The notes under the pieces: generated by a model
What the model was told of the DNA's origin: nothing
Databases searched by the model: none
Seen by the model: the letters and a program-made list of their open reading frames with translations, nothing else
Program-made: the position numbers and the translations under genes
Assembly (NCBI GenBank): GCA_045837725.1
Contig: JBEWZL010000296.1
Span: 1-64,000 of the forward strand
Direction of reading: 5' to 3'
DNA from: Vermamoeba vermiformis
Taxonomy: Eukaryota
DNA: 64,000 nucleotides
Shown: one piece after another, positions 1-12,868 of the stretch
Layout of the letters: each line of letters starts with the position of its first letter
Numbering within the stretch: the stretch's first letter is position 1

Positions 1-1332
1 CAACACACAACCCATTGGGCGGAAGCAAAAAATATTATGAAAACTGGTACACTAACTTTTCGGAAATTAGGAGGTGAGTAACTCGTGCGTCGCAACTCGT
101 AATCACAAATTAATCTGATCGATCATCAGAAAAAAAGGATCGCACTGAAGAGGAAAAGAAGCTCTTGGATCTTTCTCTAGTATGGTTTGGCCTTGATACT
201 AACTATCTTGATTATCCATTGTCTGGAGGCTCTCGATATGGAGTTGCTCAATTCACGCTTAATCAATCTGGGTTGCTTGAACCATTTTTGGCAGAATTCA
301 ATCTAAAAGAATCTGATATAAACGTATGGAAGTGGGATCGAACGTACAACAAGTAAGTTTAGTGAATTAAGTTTATTTTTCTAACGTCCTTACAGAGAGG
401 TGTCAACGTGCTTCCTCTTTACTACCAAGGATCATCGCTCGAAATTTTTTGGTACCAAATTAATTTCGATAACAATTGAAAACTTTTACCGGGAGCACTA
501 CAATGCGCAAAAGCAGATGGTCTTTACTACAAAAAAGCGTTCGGTATGTTTCACGGGTTAGAATTAATTCGAAAAGCTAATTGAAACAGGACGGGCACTA
601 TGATACTTTCAGCTTTGCTTTCGAGCAGCCAGTTGGAGGAAACGTTTGGAGGATAAACCCATTTACGGCAACGCTCAAGATCGGCGTGCATCTTCCAAAC
701 AATTATACTTGCAAGAAAGGAACAAATTGCTGCGAAATAAATCCGAACAAGAGCACGAGGGATGAATGGAATAAAGCTAAAGATGAATGGTACGTGAATT
801 ATTCATTCATAATAACTACTGATGGTGTGCTAGGAGTCGCCAGGCTTCAGACCTCAGCGACGATGACAAGAATAAATTACGAGAGTTACGGTATGAAATT
901 GGAATGTTTAACCTGGACGACGAGAAATTACCTTCGAAGAAGCAATTTAAGAAAGAAGTAACACCTGCCTTGTTTGAAAGAATTTGTAACAGCTGGCATA
1001 ACTCACGCAAGTGCACAATCAAACGGAAGCCCCATGGACAACAAGCAATATCCGTGGAGGTTTTACAGAGCGAAGTTACTTTTACAGCTTTCTTTTATTG
1101 CGGAAAAATAACATTATCTGGTGGTTTACGAACTGGCAAAGACTCTCTCATGAATGCGATACGAGATGTAAATCCCGAGACCATTTTGAACACCGCCGCC
1201 GTCCGAAAACCATTGGGCGACATTACAAATAAGCTCTCAGCCGCAGCCGGTAACAAACTAGTGCCAACGAAGCCAGCGGCCATCCCACAAATAAAGCGTC
1301 CTAACGTTGCTGGCACTAATGTAAATATGTAA
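1..1332 (+). CDS. Multi-exon protein of unknown function, 5' end outside the window; C-terminal D-box-like motif
   Basis: ORF pieces 165-356, 581-790 and 834-1332 join in frame through GT-AG introns (e.g. GAATG|gtacgt...gctag|GAGTCGC gives W-S-R-Q-A...EIGMFNL). RKPLGDITN lies near the C-terminus. Confidence 0.6.
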
Positions 1333-1371
1333 AAATTAAACTTTATTTTATGTTACAGCACTGTACAAATA

Positions 1372-4170
1372 TTAGAAGAGTTTAGCAACAGTAGCGGGGA
1401 TATTGTACTGCGCGTAATCGATGGTGACAGTGTACCCAGTGTTATCATTAGGACCCACATAGAGCGTCAATTGACCGACGACATCGAGATGAATGATCTC
1501 CCAGAAAGCTTTGAACGGCAGATCCAGTGTCGTGGCCTTGACGGGCAACCTCGGTGTCTCGATTTTTGCAAGCGGAGGCATCACGATTGAAATGCCTGCT
1601 TTAACAAAATCTAAGTCGAGCACAGCGATCGATTCGTTCTTATAAATCACTCGGACGTTAGATCCGAGCATTCGAACTTCCGTGTTGAACGGGTTCGAGC
1701 AGTTCATGTTGGTTGGAATGGTCTTGGATTTCAAGAATAAAATCGCATCGAAATGCAATAAAGCGAAGGTCACGAGTGTTTCGTTGAGTGGTGGAATGGC
1801 CAGTGAGGTCGTAAAGTTCGAAAATCCAGCTTGCAAGTACGGATAATCTGTCGCGTTGCTAGCACCTGAAAGTGACACTTCCAATGCCTCGCCTGAAGAA
1901 CAATTGATGAGTTAAGTAGAAACGAACATATATGTCTATTCTTACCGGCAACGTAACGCGCAAGAAACTCTCGTGCCAACTCTGGATGTTCTGCTGACGC
2001 GACAAAGTTGCTGTAAACTAGCATGTTGTGATTGGGACCGGGTTTCGTGACAAAACTAGGCAAAGTGCTGTTGCCCATATGAACGCCCTTATAAAACAAA
2101 TCTAATGACACTGCAAAGAATAAACCATTAGTTAATAAAAAAAACATCAACGTTGATCAAAATATCGAACCTCGTCCGAGATCCAAGTACGCGTCCGAAG
2201 GATTGATAATGGTCAGGTGAAGGATCATCTTAATGCCGTTAAAGAATCCTCCGACAATCGATACGTCATCAATATTCATATAACCTTGCAAGTTCTTCAG
2301 ACCTACAATACGAATGTTAGCACGTGCGAAGAAATTGACTCGTTGGAAGTACCTTTAATAGTGACACTTTGGTCCAGTTCGACGCCTTGCACGGTGATAT
2401 TTCCAATAGACAAAGTGCTCAATGCGTCAGTCTTGCCGACTAAAGCAAAAGGCACCTCTGCTTGCGACAGAAAACTTGTGACAAAGTCGTCGAAAGTCGA
2501 GTCAACTGTCAGTGTTCCGTTCAACTGCGCCTCGTAGCTCAGCGGCGCTACTTCGGTCAAATCAATTTGGTCCGGGAAATTCTCGAATAAACCGGCCAAT
2601 CGTTGTTGGAACATCACTTTGGTGTCATGCAGCACCATACTAAATAATATTATTAAGACTTCATTACGATCATTAATTTTGACGTACCTTTGCATGACAA
2701 TAGGCGCCTCGGAGCCTAATGGATTGATAATCGTAACAGTCGAATCAGTGCGCAAAGTGAGTGAGTTGCGCGAGTTCGGATCAACGACTAAAGCAAGAGA
2801 ATTGATAGCGAATGACTTGACAAGTTCCATCTTCTGGCCCTGGATCTGGTTCTGAATGGCAAATCCACTAAACGCTCGGCTAAACAGCGGTACTGACGAT
2901 GCATTAGCAGCACCCACGACTGAAATATCGATCAATTGGCCCGCGAAAAACAACGACATCATTTCTCCGGCAATGGTTAAATTGTCCGGCTTAATAATTG
3001 CCTTGCTAGCCATGACGTTAACTACAAAATAATTAGAAAATTAAATTCTAAGAAAAAAATTTGACTTACGGCCAGGCACTAATGAAGCATTTGAAACGAC
3101 TACAGGACCCATATACGAATCTTTGTAATATAAGCCGAAATATAAGTCACCTAATGGCTCAATAGTGATATAAGTAGGATTGTAGCTCGTCATTGTCGTG
3201 TAGAGAATAATCTCGTCTTTTGTACTGTGCGTCATGTCCACATCCGAAATAGTCGTATTTTTCAACCCATCAAAACCTTAATAGTACCATCGTTAGTACG
3301 ATTATTACTAAATATGGCAATAGTTGTAGTTTAGATGTACCTGGCAAGGTGATTTCTTTTTCAATATTAACAGGACCAATAGTTACTCCGAATGCTTGCA
3401 CTTGCGAGTTCAATTGAAACGTTGTAGTGACATTAATGCTCCTAGTCAAGTCCTTATTGAATTCTACGAATGCTGTTTGATTCACTACTGCTGCAGTGCC
3501 ATTCAGAACCACATCTGTTGAATTGTTCGATGGCAGGAGCAGATCTGGCAGTGCTAGCGATAGAACTGCTTGGTTATTGTGCCATATAGTACAATTAACG
3601 CCAGTAGCTTTAGCGTCGATGGATCCAGGGTTGCGGATGCGTGCCTTGGTGATTAGCAGAAGCGAGTCCCGTTTTGGATCTGTTATCGTCAACTCGGTGA
3701 AAGTGATCTCTATTTGATTAGCCATATTCTGCGCTACTTTAGGTACAACAAAGAACCAAGACAGCACGCCAGCTGCCGCTAGAAATGTAATTATGGATGC
3801 AACAATAATTATATTCCGCTTCCATGGCTTCAATCCTGGTTTTTTCGGTGGCTGATAATATTCCTTTAATATTATTGTATAAATATAATAATATTTTCTA
3901 CAAAGCACAAGTATTATTCAATAGAAAAATCGAGATCTATTTATAGAGACTCTTTGAAATCAAAATTAATGATATAAGTTCAAAAATACGAATAATACAT
4001 ATAATTAGTGCTAAACTAAAATTTTGAATGAACAGTAATTAAATACTGTCTCAAGAATTATTTTCGTTTTGGAGAACAAGAAAATTAATCAATTGCCATT
4101 GAAAGTTATTAATTCTTACCTTTTCAAAGTCTAATAGTGGTACGTTGTCGTCATCATATGAATTTATCAT
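1372..4170 (-). CDS. Single-pass membrane protein with repeated LEA2/DUF3712 (Tag1-like) beta-rich domains
   Basis: First exon MINSYDDDNVPLLDFEK (ATG 4170, then a gtaag donor), then a TM helix (IIIVASIITFLAAAGVLSWFFVV). Repeated NP...LGDL.F.LYY....MG motifs occur in ORFs 3270-3908, 3041-3265, 2303-3013, 1770-2150 and 1372-1884. Confidence 0.7.
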
Positions 4171-5487
4171 TTTCAGGACAGATTGGACTACTCGTTCACG
4201 AACTCCTTAAGCATGCGATGTGCCAATATTAGTATTACACTAAATATTAACAATAAGAGTTCGTCTATTGTTGTTTCGCGACTGAAGCGCACAAATTAAT
4301 GTTCCTGGATCACAATCTCTTGGTTCTTCTGGAATTTTCGCTTTGCGCGCTTTTAACTCTTCTTAGGAAAACCAGAAACAGCACTTCACTCGTCATGCAC
4401 AATCTCAAAATCATGTACAAATATGAATAAAGGCAGTTTTTGCGAGAGATCGAGAACAGATCGCGTTGTTTCGCTATTAACAAGTGTTTTATTACAGTAA
4501 GTCAAATATTTACAATGCAATGCCCTAGAGCTAAAAATATAATGTTGAACTTCGGCTATTCACAGGAAAGGGTTTGTTGGCATTATTATCGCTCTCGATA
4601 AGCCCGGGGACATCGAGTGCTGCGGATTGGGTGTGGATTGGGCTCTGTGTAGGGCTGAGTTAATAAGGGCATTGCTTTTCTTAAGCAACTTGGATGGGCT
4701 TGAGGGAACTTGGTAGGATTGTTGCTGCTTTCGAGCAGGAAAGGTGAACCGAAGGTTGGTTCGTCGATCGACAGGGCTTGCTCCAGATGACATCGCTTTG
4801 TATATGGTCTACTTGACTTCAAACTGAATAGTTAAATAATTCAAAGGCGATTTTGCGGTTTTATGCTTTCGCCGAGAAGTTCGCTGAAATTTGACTAGGT
4901 TTGACCCTTCATTCATGAAAACACATCGCCAGCTGGAAAGGTGAGGCTTATTTCGATTTAGTGATAGATTTGGGCAATCAAATTGAAGATAATATCTATG
5001 CTTCGCGTTGGAAATATGTGAACCGATCGAGATCGCATAAATTACGATTGCTTAGAGCTGTTTAATCGCCACATTCCGACGAATACTTGTATTATTCAGA
5101 ATTACTTAGTACCGGTCGAATATCTTAATATAGCACATTCGGCATATTATTGACGTTTTAAGAAGTTTTTGATATCTTTGAGAGCAATTTGCAACAACTA
5201 TGCTTGATTGCTTATTATCTAACGCGCATTTATTAATATTATAGTATATACTAAACAAGGGTATCAATCGAGGGATAAACTTTAAACAAGGATGAATGGT
5301 ATGGGTGGATGTGGTTTGTGTGGCTTACGTGGTGAAGGGCGTAGTATACATAAGAAGTCAGGATGTTAAGTCGAATGTGCCCGCAAGCATTTCTAGCCAT
5401 TGAAGAGCTACCAAGCGATTTCTTACATTTTGGCGCCTTTCTCCGTTGCATGGAAATACTCCGACACCGCTGACTTCGATTGAATTT

Positions 5488-6929
5488 TTATACATTAGCC
5501 ACTGGCGGGACTGTGCTAGCCTTGCGCTCGTTGATCAAGAGCGGCGAGTAGACATTGACGGCGCTGCTAGAGTTCGTTGACTTGCCGCTGTTTGTTTTAT
5601 TGCTCGGGCGACCAGCAGGACGCAGAATGATAAGCTAAAGACCGAATAAGTGAGTCAAATAATACTATTATATAATATGAGTGATATATTTACCATCAGA
5701 ATCAAGGGGATAAGCTCTAAGCAGAAAAAGTACACGAGATCCAACCAGACCCAGTCCGCGAGCGGCATGAACGTGCCGACACTAACACAACATTAGATAT
5801 GGCTCATGTAGAGAAGGCATTATAGTACTACACTCGTGTAATGTGTATGTGGTGTAGTGTAATGAAAACTTACATTGTGATGACGGCACGAGCGACGAAA
5901 CAGAGCGTGCACAGCAGCGTCAAGATCTTCACTTTAGGCAACACAGTATCGCGCATTTTAGTCAACAAAGGTCCACCGTGCAAAAACTTGGCATAAAATC
6001 TGCAAAAGAAATGTTAGATTGAATTTCCAAATGTCGCTACGTCCTTTCGAACGAATTCTTGATAGAATTTTCTAATTGTAATTACGGAATAATAATAGTA
6101 ATATAATTAAATATGATAATAAGTACCTTCCACCGTATACTACAAATCCAATCGCTGTTGTTATGTACAATCCACCGTCAAAGCAGAAGAGGATCTGCTC
6201 AACAAGTGTAGAGGCATCAGGCACGTCAGTGTGGTCCTCGTGCACCGATTCATATAAAATCCAGTCGAGGCCTAATAGCGTAACTACAATTAAATACATC
6301 ACTGCGGTTACGCTAAAGTAGATTGGCCGCAGTCTTTGGATGTTCTTTTCTCCACCGCCATAAGCGTTGTGATATATTTCGGCCCTATAATTAACGTGTC
6401 AATAATAATATTCAAGATCAATGAGATGGGCGCGCATCTTGTTTCCATTTCTGATCGTTGCAAGTACAATCTGAATCCTCGGAACTGAAACAGGTCTTAA
6501 AGTTAATTGTTGTGCTTACCATAAGAACAAAATAATTAAGTAGCATGAAAAGAAGAAAAAGGAGGGAACCAAGTTCAACGCTAGGTTAATAAAGTTGAGC
6601 ATCTCGATTTTGTGCTCCATAACATAAGGCTGCAGAGCGAAAAATACAGTCCTCGCTAAATAAATTAGTTAGATATTAATAATATAATATTATAGATTCT
6701 AAATGTGGTTTATGAAATTTAAAAATAAAATTATTTGTTTTTTTTGATCGCGATTCGTACTTATCGTTCCCAATAGCAACATCGTCATAAATGTCCTTTG
6801 CCATAAGTGTGATAAATTTCCTGTCTTTTTAAGTCTATACATGCGATGGCCAATAACAAATAACAAAAGGATGTACAATCCCGTCAGCACAAAGTGGCTG
6901 ATGTCATATTCAGCGTGTGTTAACTCCAT
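5488..6929 (-). CDS. THH1/TOM1/TOM3-like multi-pass (about 7 TM) membrane protein
   Basis: Spliced exons give successive TM helices with NLVPSFFFFSCYLIILFL, GFVVYGGR, CTLCFVARA and YFFCLELIP. Stop after ...VPPVANV at 5488. Confidence 0.75.
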
Positions 6930-7659
6930 TATTGCGAACCATATATATCAGGTATTGTAAGCAACACGAGCAACTCGGTAAAATGAGAATAGCTTGCGCG
7001 CACAATCTTTTTACTTTTCTATTTTTGGCGGTTTTCTCCAAGCTGAAACAATTAATTTTACGCGAGAAGTGCCTTAGAATACAACAAAGATCGCTCAAAA
7101 AATATTTAATAAATATGCGGTGTAAATTTTAACCAGAAACAGCGGTTTGGGATCGATTTAATGTTGTCGTTAGTTCCGATCGAAAATGAAACAAAGGAGC
7201 TCGCGTAGCTCATTAGATATAATCATAAAGGCGATGGAAATAAATCCAGGAAGAATGGAATGCGGTTCGTGGTGCTTATTTTTCCGTGTTAAATAAAGTA
7301 TACCAAAAATTGGTCGGATCCACCCTCCACTCTTTTGTAGGTCAAGCAAATCTTATTTCACGGCATTAAGCATGATATATCGTAGCTCACATAATCTTTT
7401 TATACCAATCCGGGTGTCCTTATTCGAAGATTTTCTTGTGTGAATTCTCGTTGCGGAATTCGTTTGATTTTTTGTTTCCAATATTCGTTTTCATTTAAGG
7501 CCCATAAGAAGAACATACGAGGCAGTTAACAATATTTATTTTGCCTATTATTGTTCCGATAGGGCAGAAGATAATAAAGCCATACAGCTAGCGGATGGGA
7601 AGAGTATCTTTTCAATAATAAATTTTAATCGAAAATCATACGACAATTATTGCTAAGAA

Positions 7660-10606
7660 ATGGATAGTCGTTCTGCGGCATCAAGTCCAAGATTAGCACC
7701 CCTAGAAGTCATTCACAATGGAGAAGTCGTTCTGTCAGTCACTAGACCCTCATCCTGCCAAAAATCCAAGACCGGATCGAAGTTGTTGCAAGCAAATCGA
7801 GAGCCTTTGGAGTTATCAATTTACAACCATCAATTATTGAAGGACTATTTTTTGGAAATATCATTATTGGTCCATTACACGCCCAGCAATACTTCCGTAG
7901 TTTGCACGCATGTGATCAAACTCGACAAACTGGAACGAATAACGTTTGGAAACGAATCAAATTTACAACCCACAACTAGACCTTTATTAGTAGGCTTGCC
8001 TTTAATTTCTGACATTAAACGAGTCATTAAAAACGCGATCAACACCCACGTAATGGTCAAAAACTATGGATTGAAGATCTCCTTGCACCCAATGAATCCC
8101 AACGACACTACAGTAATAGAGTTCAACTATCCGGAATTATTCGAGATGAAAAATGAAAAAGAATTTTCAAAAAGCAAAACGCCGGGTTCGCCCTTCATTA
8201 AGGACGGACAACCGCATCTCGGTCAGTCCAACGAAATTGTGCGAGATAGCGAAAGAATGCTCGTGGAGCTATTAAGGACAAAAGAAATGTGGTCAGTCGG
8301 AGGCGATTCCGTCACATCCTCGCCTAGATCCGGACTGCTAGGATTATTCATGACCGGCTTATACGACAACAATCACGTATTGATCAAGAAATTCGATAGA
8401 ACACTAGATTTGCTTGGATTCTACAGCGAAGTTTACGTTTCAAGGTAAAATATCATTGCTGATTGTGTATTTCGAAATCACTCTGAATGGCCGATCGAGA
8501 TTCGAAATTTTGACTTTGATTGCAAATAGGAAATTATCACCGTGTCCTTACTTCCTCAAGTTCTTACGAGCCAATGATCAAGATGCCCCGTTTATTGTTT
8601 ACGAGTACTTCGAAGGAAAAGATCTTATTGAAGAACTACCTTCCATCCGACCTGGCCACGAATACTGCCTTGCTTATTACATTGCGGACGCTATGAAGAA
8701 CTTGGCTAGTGTCGGCCTCACTATCCTCAACTTATCTCCCAAAAATATAGTGGTAAGTTGCATTAATTAATCAGCTGAGTGGATCTGCCCGGAGATCGAT
8801 TTCTATAAATGGAAATGTCGAGCAATAGAGCGTTGTAGCGTTCAGTACACGTAGTAATCATACTATTGCATAGCTACGCAAGAGCGAAAACGGATGCTAT
8901 CAATTGAAGCTGATCCCGATCGAAGGAGCTTTTGTGCCGATTGACCTAAGCGCAAGCATGGACGGATCTGTTAGTCCGACTAGTCCTACGAGCAAACCAC
9001 CCACACAGAAGTAAGTCCGCTTCAATTGAAAAGATTCTATTTTCTTATTATGGTATTTCAATTCGCATTTCTGATTTTACTCGGGTGACATAGATTTTGT
9101 GCGTTATTTTAATTATTAGCAATACTTTGAAGTATATCTAGCTCAAGGTGTTATTATTTCGTATCATTACGCTCAATATTCAGAAAAATAATCATTAAGA
9201 AAAAAGTTCGAAAACATTGCTTGGGAATCAACTTTCGACTGAATTTCATACTACTAAATATAATACTAAGATTATTATCGTGCAATTAATTAATAAGCTA
9301 TGATAATTCCGCCACGATTTCGTACCTTCTAATTAAGGCAATTAAATGCCGTTATTCGAAAGCGTATTGTTCTAATAATTGGATTTATAGTGATTTGACA
9401 GCTTTTGGCCAGCTAGTATTGGGTATAATGCGAAGAGAATGGCCTTTGCGTTCATTTGATGTCGCATCCAGCGGTCAATCCCCGCGCTACCACCACTTAG
9501 TCTCTATAGCTCAGTATTGTTTGTCCACACGTTCAGCGACTGACCGAACAAGCTTTGAAGACATTTTGAAGCGGTTAGCTGGGTAAGTAGCGTTACTTCT
9601 CAATGCGTACATTTTTTGCCTAATTTGGCAATCTCGTTACGGCGAATAATCCTAATTTTCGGTCCGACGATCATAAAATTTAACGCTGCATATTATACCT
9701 TATTTAACAGTTCAAGTTAAGACTCGCAAAACGTTAACTCGGCATCCGTTTTATGTAGGTTCCCCAATAGTGTGCCTTGCAGTATGCAAGCTGTACCTTT
9801 ATCACCGAAGCCTACTCCTGCAGCATTTGACCGCAAAGAATTTCGATTGGCGTGCGTTAATATTGGCGCGTTGATGGCAGATCTCGAACTCGAGCTGCAG
9901 TTCAATTTGGTGAAGGTTCAAGCAATGCATGACACTAAGGTACGTTACCATATACAAATTGGTAGATAATTGGCATATTTTCTACGCTTTGGGTTGTCGT
10001 TGCGTTTATTTTCTGAAATTTTTCGAGTCTGCGTAGATCTGGTTTCGAGCAATAAGGAGTATTTATTCGTTTTAAGCCCCGTACTAACCGAGACACTATT
10101 CTACCCGACAGGTGCAAATGTTAAAGCATGCTATTGAAACTGAATTCCCCAAGCTTGCCGTGTTCCAACAGGAGTTTAGCGTGCTGATGGAGAAACTTCG
10201 ACCTCAAAACAGTTTGACACAGGCAGTCGTATTGACCAAAGAGTACATAGATTTGATCGACAGAGACGGAGGCAACCTACTGCTGTTAGTATTCTCGATG
10301 CACTATTATTTGAAACAGTTGATCGAAGGCTGCAGTTTGTTCGTGAACGAGAATTTGAAGCGGATCGAGGAGCTGTTCTTGCTCATCAAGCACTTATACA
10401 ACGATAGACAGTGCGTCGAACTCGGTGGATTGTTATTGAAGCTGCGCGAGTCGATCATATGGCAAGGCAAAGAAGATCAATATCGCGTGTTTGCACAGAT
10501 CAGATCCATTTGCGAATCTCCGTTCAAAATGGATCCGACTGTGCCACCAGTCAACATCACATTGCCATTCAATAGCAACGCAATGCAAATCGTAAATAAT
10601 AACTAA
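7660..10606 (+). CDS. Pseudokinase-domain protein with N- and C-terminal extensions
   Basis: Kinase-order motifs VLIKKF, FIVYEYFEG, ILNLSPKNI (HRD lost), LKLIPIE (DFG lost), DLTAFG and DRTSFEDIL, joined by GT-AG introns. Confidence 0.65.
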
Positions 10607-11126
10607 TAACGCCCTATTTATTTATCAATATTCGAAAAATAACAAAAACCAAAAATAATACTCTCAAATAATAATAATATTACTTCGCCTTACAAAATCA
10701 ATAATACGGTTCATATTCGTAAGAATAGGGGCCTTATTCTCTTGTAAGGCAATTTTGTCGAGAGAACCTTCATATTTATAGCAACTACAATTGTTTTGTG
10801 TGTTCAGTGTAAAAAGTTAAAATTTATAAATATCGTACGTCCAAACACGTTTAAATTTACCAAATTTGAGACTTTTTTAAATAAATTCTTGTGCGCATAT
10901 TATAATTATAAGTTACGCCGAACATAAAGTTGAATACAGATGATGATTGCAGGAGGTACATATAGAAGTACGTAAGGTATTTTATATAAAATAAACAAAC
11001 AGGGTACTTAACAGGATTAGATGGAAGATCTAAGCGGAAAAAGATTCGTACTGAATTAAATTTCATTTCTTAACGTTATTTATTCCAGTATGTACAATTA
11101 AAATAGACCTATATGAATAGGCCTCT

Positions 11127-12278
11127 CTAAAGAATGTTACAATTACAAATTTGTTTCTGGTACAAGCGAGGTTTAGCTATGTTGACATCATCTCCTCGAT
11201 CCAGTTTGTCCAAAATATAAAAATAATACATCGAGAATTCCTATAATAATAAAATATTAGATAAAAGATAAAAATTATGCAAAAAAAAGTATTTACAAGC
11301 TCGATCGAGATCGGCTTGATATTGATCTCGCCTCAAACCGAACAAAAGGCAAGAATAATATTGGTTTAAAAAAAAATTTTTTTAAAAAAAAAGAAAAAAA
11401 ATTTTTTTTTTTTTTTTTATAAAAAATTTTTTAAAAAATAAATAGCGTTATACAATTGGATGATATAAAATAGGATGTAATATGAATTAAATGGAAGAGA
11501 ATTATTTTCATTTTGATCTCGATAAAATCTCGCGAGAAAATTGACAATTAAATCGGCGGATATAAGACGTACCTCTTCCTCTAGCTGCATATTGAGCTTT
11601 GGCACATTGAAGTCTCGTAAAACGGCTAGTAAAGCCTCTTCAGAAATGCCGATCACAAAGCCAAATCTTGAAAAACGATCAAAATTCATCTTCTTCGTTG
11701 ACGGATCTGCTAATACGCTGAATATTCTACCTCCATATTTATACCTATCGTTGCAAATTAAAATAATGAGTTTTTGCTGACAGATGTAGGCCAAATTGAA
11801 TACTTACAAAAAAACGGTCAATTGTTTGCTCGCTTTGGCTGAAACTAAGGCCAAAAACATATAAAAATCTTCCCACATTATTCCACCTCGATCTTGCGTG
11901 TCTAAACGATTTAAAAAATAAATCCGTTAGAAATATCAAAAATTATTTGAATAATTAGTATTTTTGCATAATATACGTACCAAAAATATCAAATATTTCT
12001 AATATTTCGTAGTCGCTCAGATCCGTCAATTTATTACAAAAATTAACGAACTGATTTTCAGGTAAAATATTTTCTTCATTTACGTGGTCTAAAAACCATC
12101 GTTTAATATTTTGAGTGCCTTTATCTGTCAATAATTTATCGAATATTGTTTCTTTTGCTGTTCTAGCTGTCAGATTCTCTGAACTTGCTGTGTTGATCTT
12201 AGTTATCTCGTCCGTAGCAGTCTTGGGACTCGGCGCGTAATTGACTATTGTCGACACTAGCTCGGTATTAATTCTCAT
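11127..12278 (-). CDS. EF-hand protein, EFCAB9-like, ending in a CaaX motif (CNIL)
   Basis: Spliced product ...LTDLSDYEILEIFDIFDTQDRGGIMWEDFYMFLAL...FLYKYGGRIFSVL...LRDFNV...EEFSMYYFYILDKL...CNCNIL*. Confidence 0.7.
11366..11440. repeat. Alternating poly-A/poly-T low-complexity tract inside an intron
   Basis: Directly visible A and T homopolymer runs in the last intron of the EF-hand gene. Confidence 0.85.
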
Positions 12279-12868
12279 ACATAGGACTTAAAAATTAGAG
12301 TTGTGTTGTTGTGGATTTTGTTGGCAGCAAAAACAGAAACGCTACAGCGGCGCTCAAAGTCGTCAAATTTAATCCCCAAGATCACCAAACATTAGCAACT
12401 AAACATTAGAGACAATTAATTAATCCGACATTAGCCAGTCTTCTAACTTAAAGGTAACCGGTTAGTTGTTGTGAAAAGCCAATTTTGCAAGGAAGGTATG
12501 ACTATTTTCTGATAGAGTTTCATAATGCCCACATAGGTTCGTGTGCGTACGTACACTTGTCTCGAGGCAGATCTCAAATTATGTAATTATATCCGCTCAA
12601 AATGAAATTACCTTGCAATATCATCAACGGGGCAGAAAAGCACAGCCAGGTGCTTCATCCATGCAGCTGAAATTGACCGACGTCTCTCTTTGATTGTCTG
12701 GAAACTTTTGCTGACTGAAAATCATTCGCCAGTTTCGCTAAGTCAACGCTGTTGTCGGCCCGTGCGGGTACTCAAATACCATAGGAATTTACACAGTATT
12801 CTGAAGTGATTGAATTTTAAATGATTTTTTTAGTTAATTAGCGCCACTACAATAATAGTGTTCGTGGT

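Noticed and set aside
4560-4915. Small minus-strand ORF (77 aa) with an upstream in-frame segment separated by TAG, suggesting readthrough
   Set aside because: No recognisable domain, and TAG is used as a normal stop elsewhere in the window. It may be a real short gene but is unsupported.
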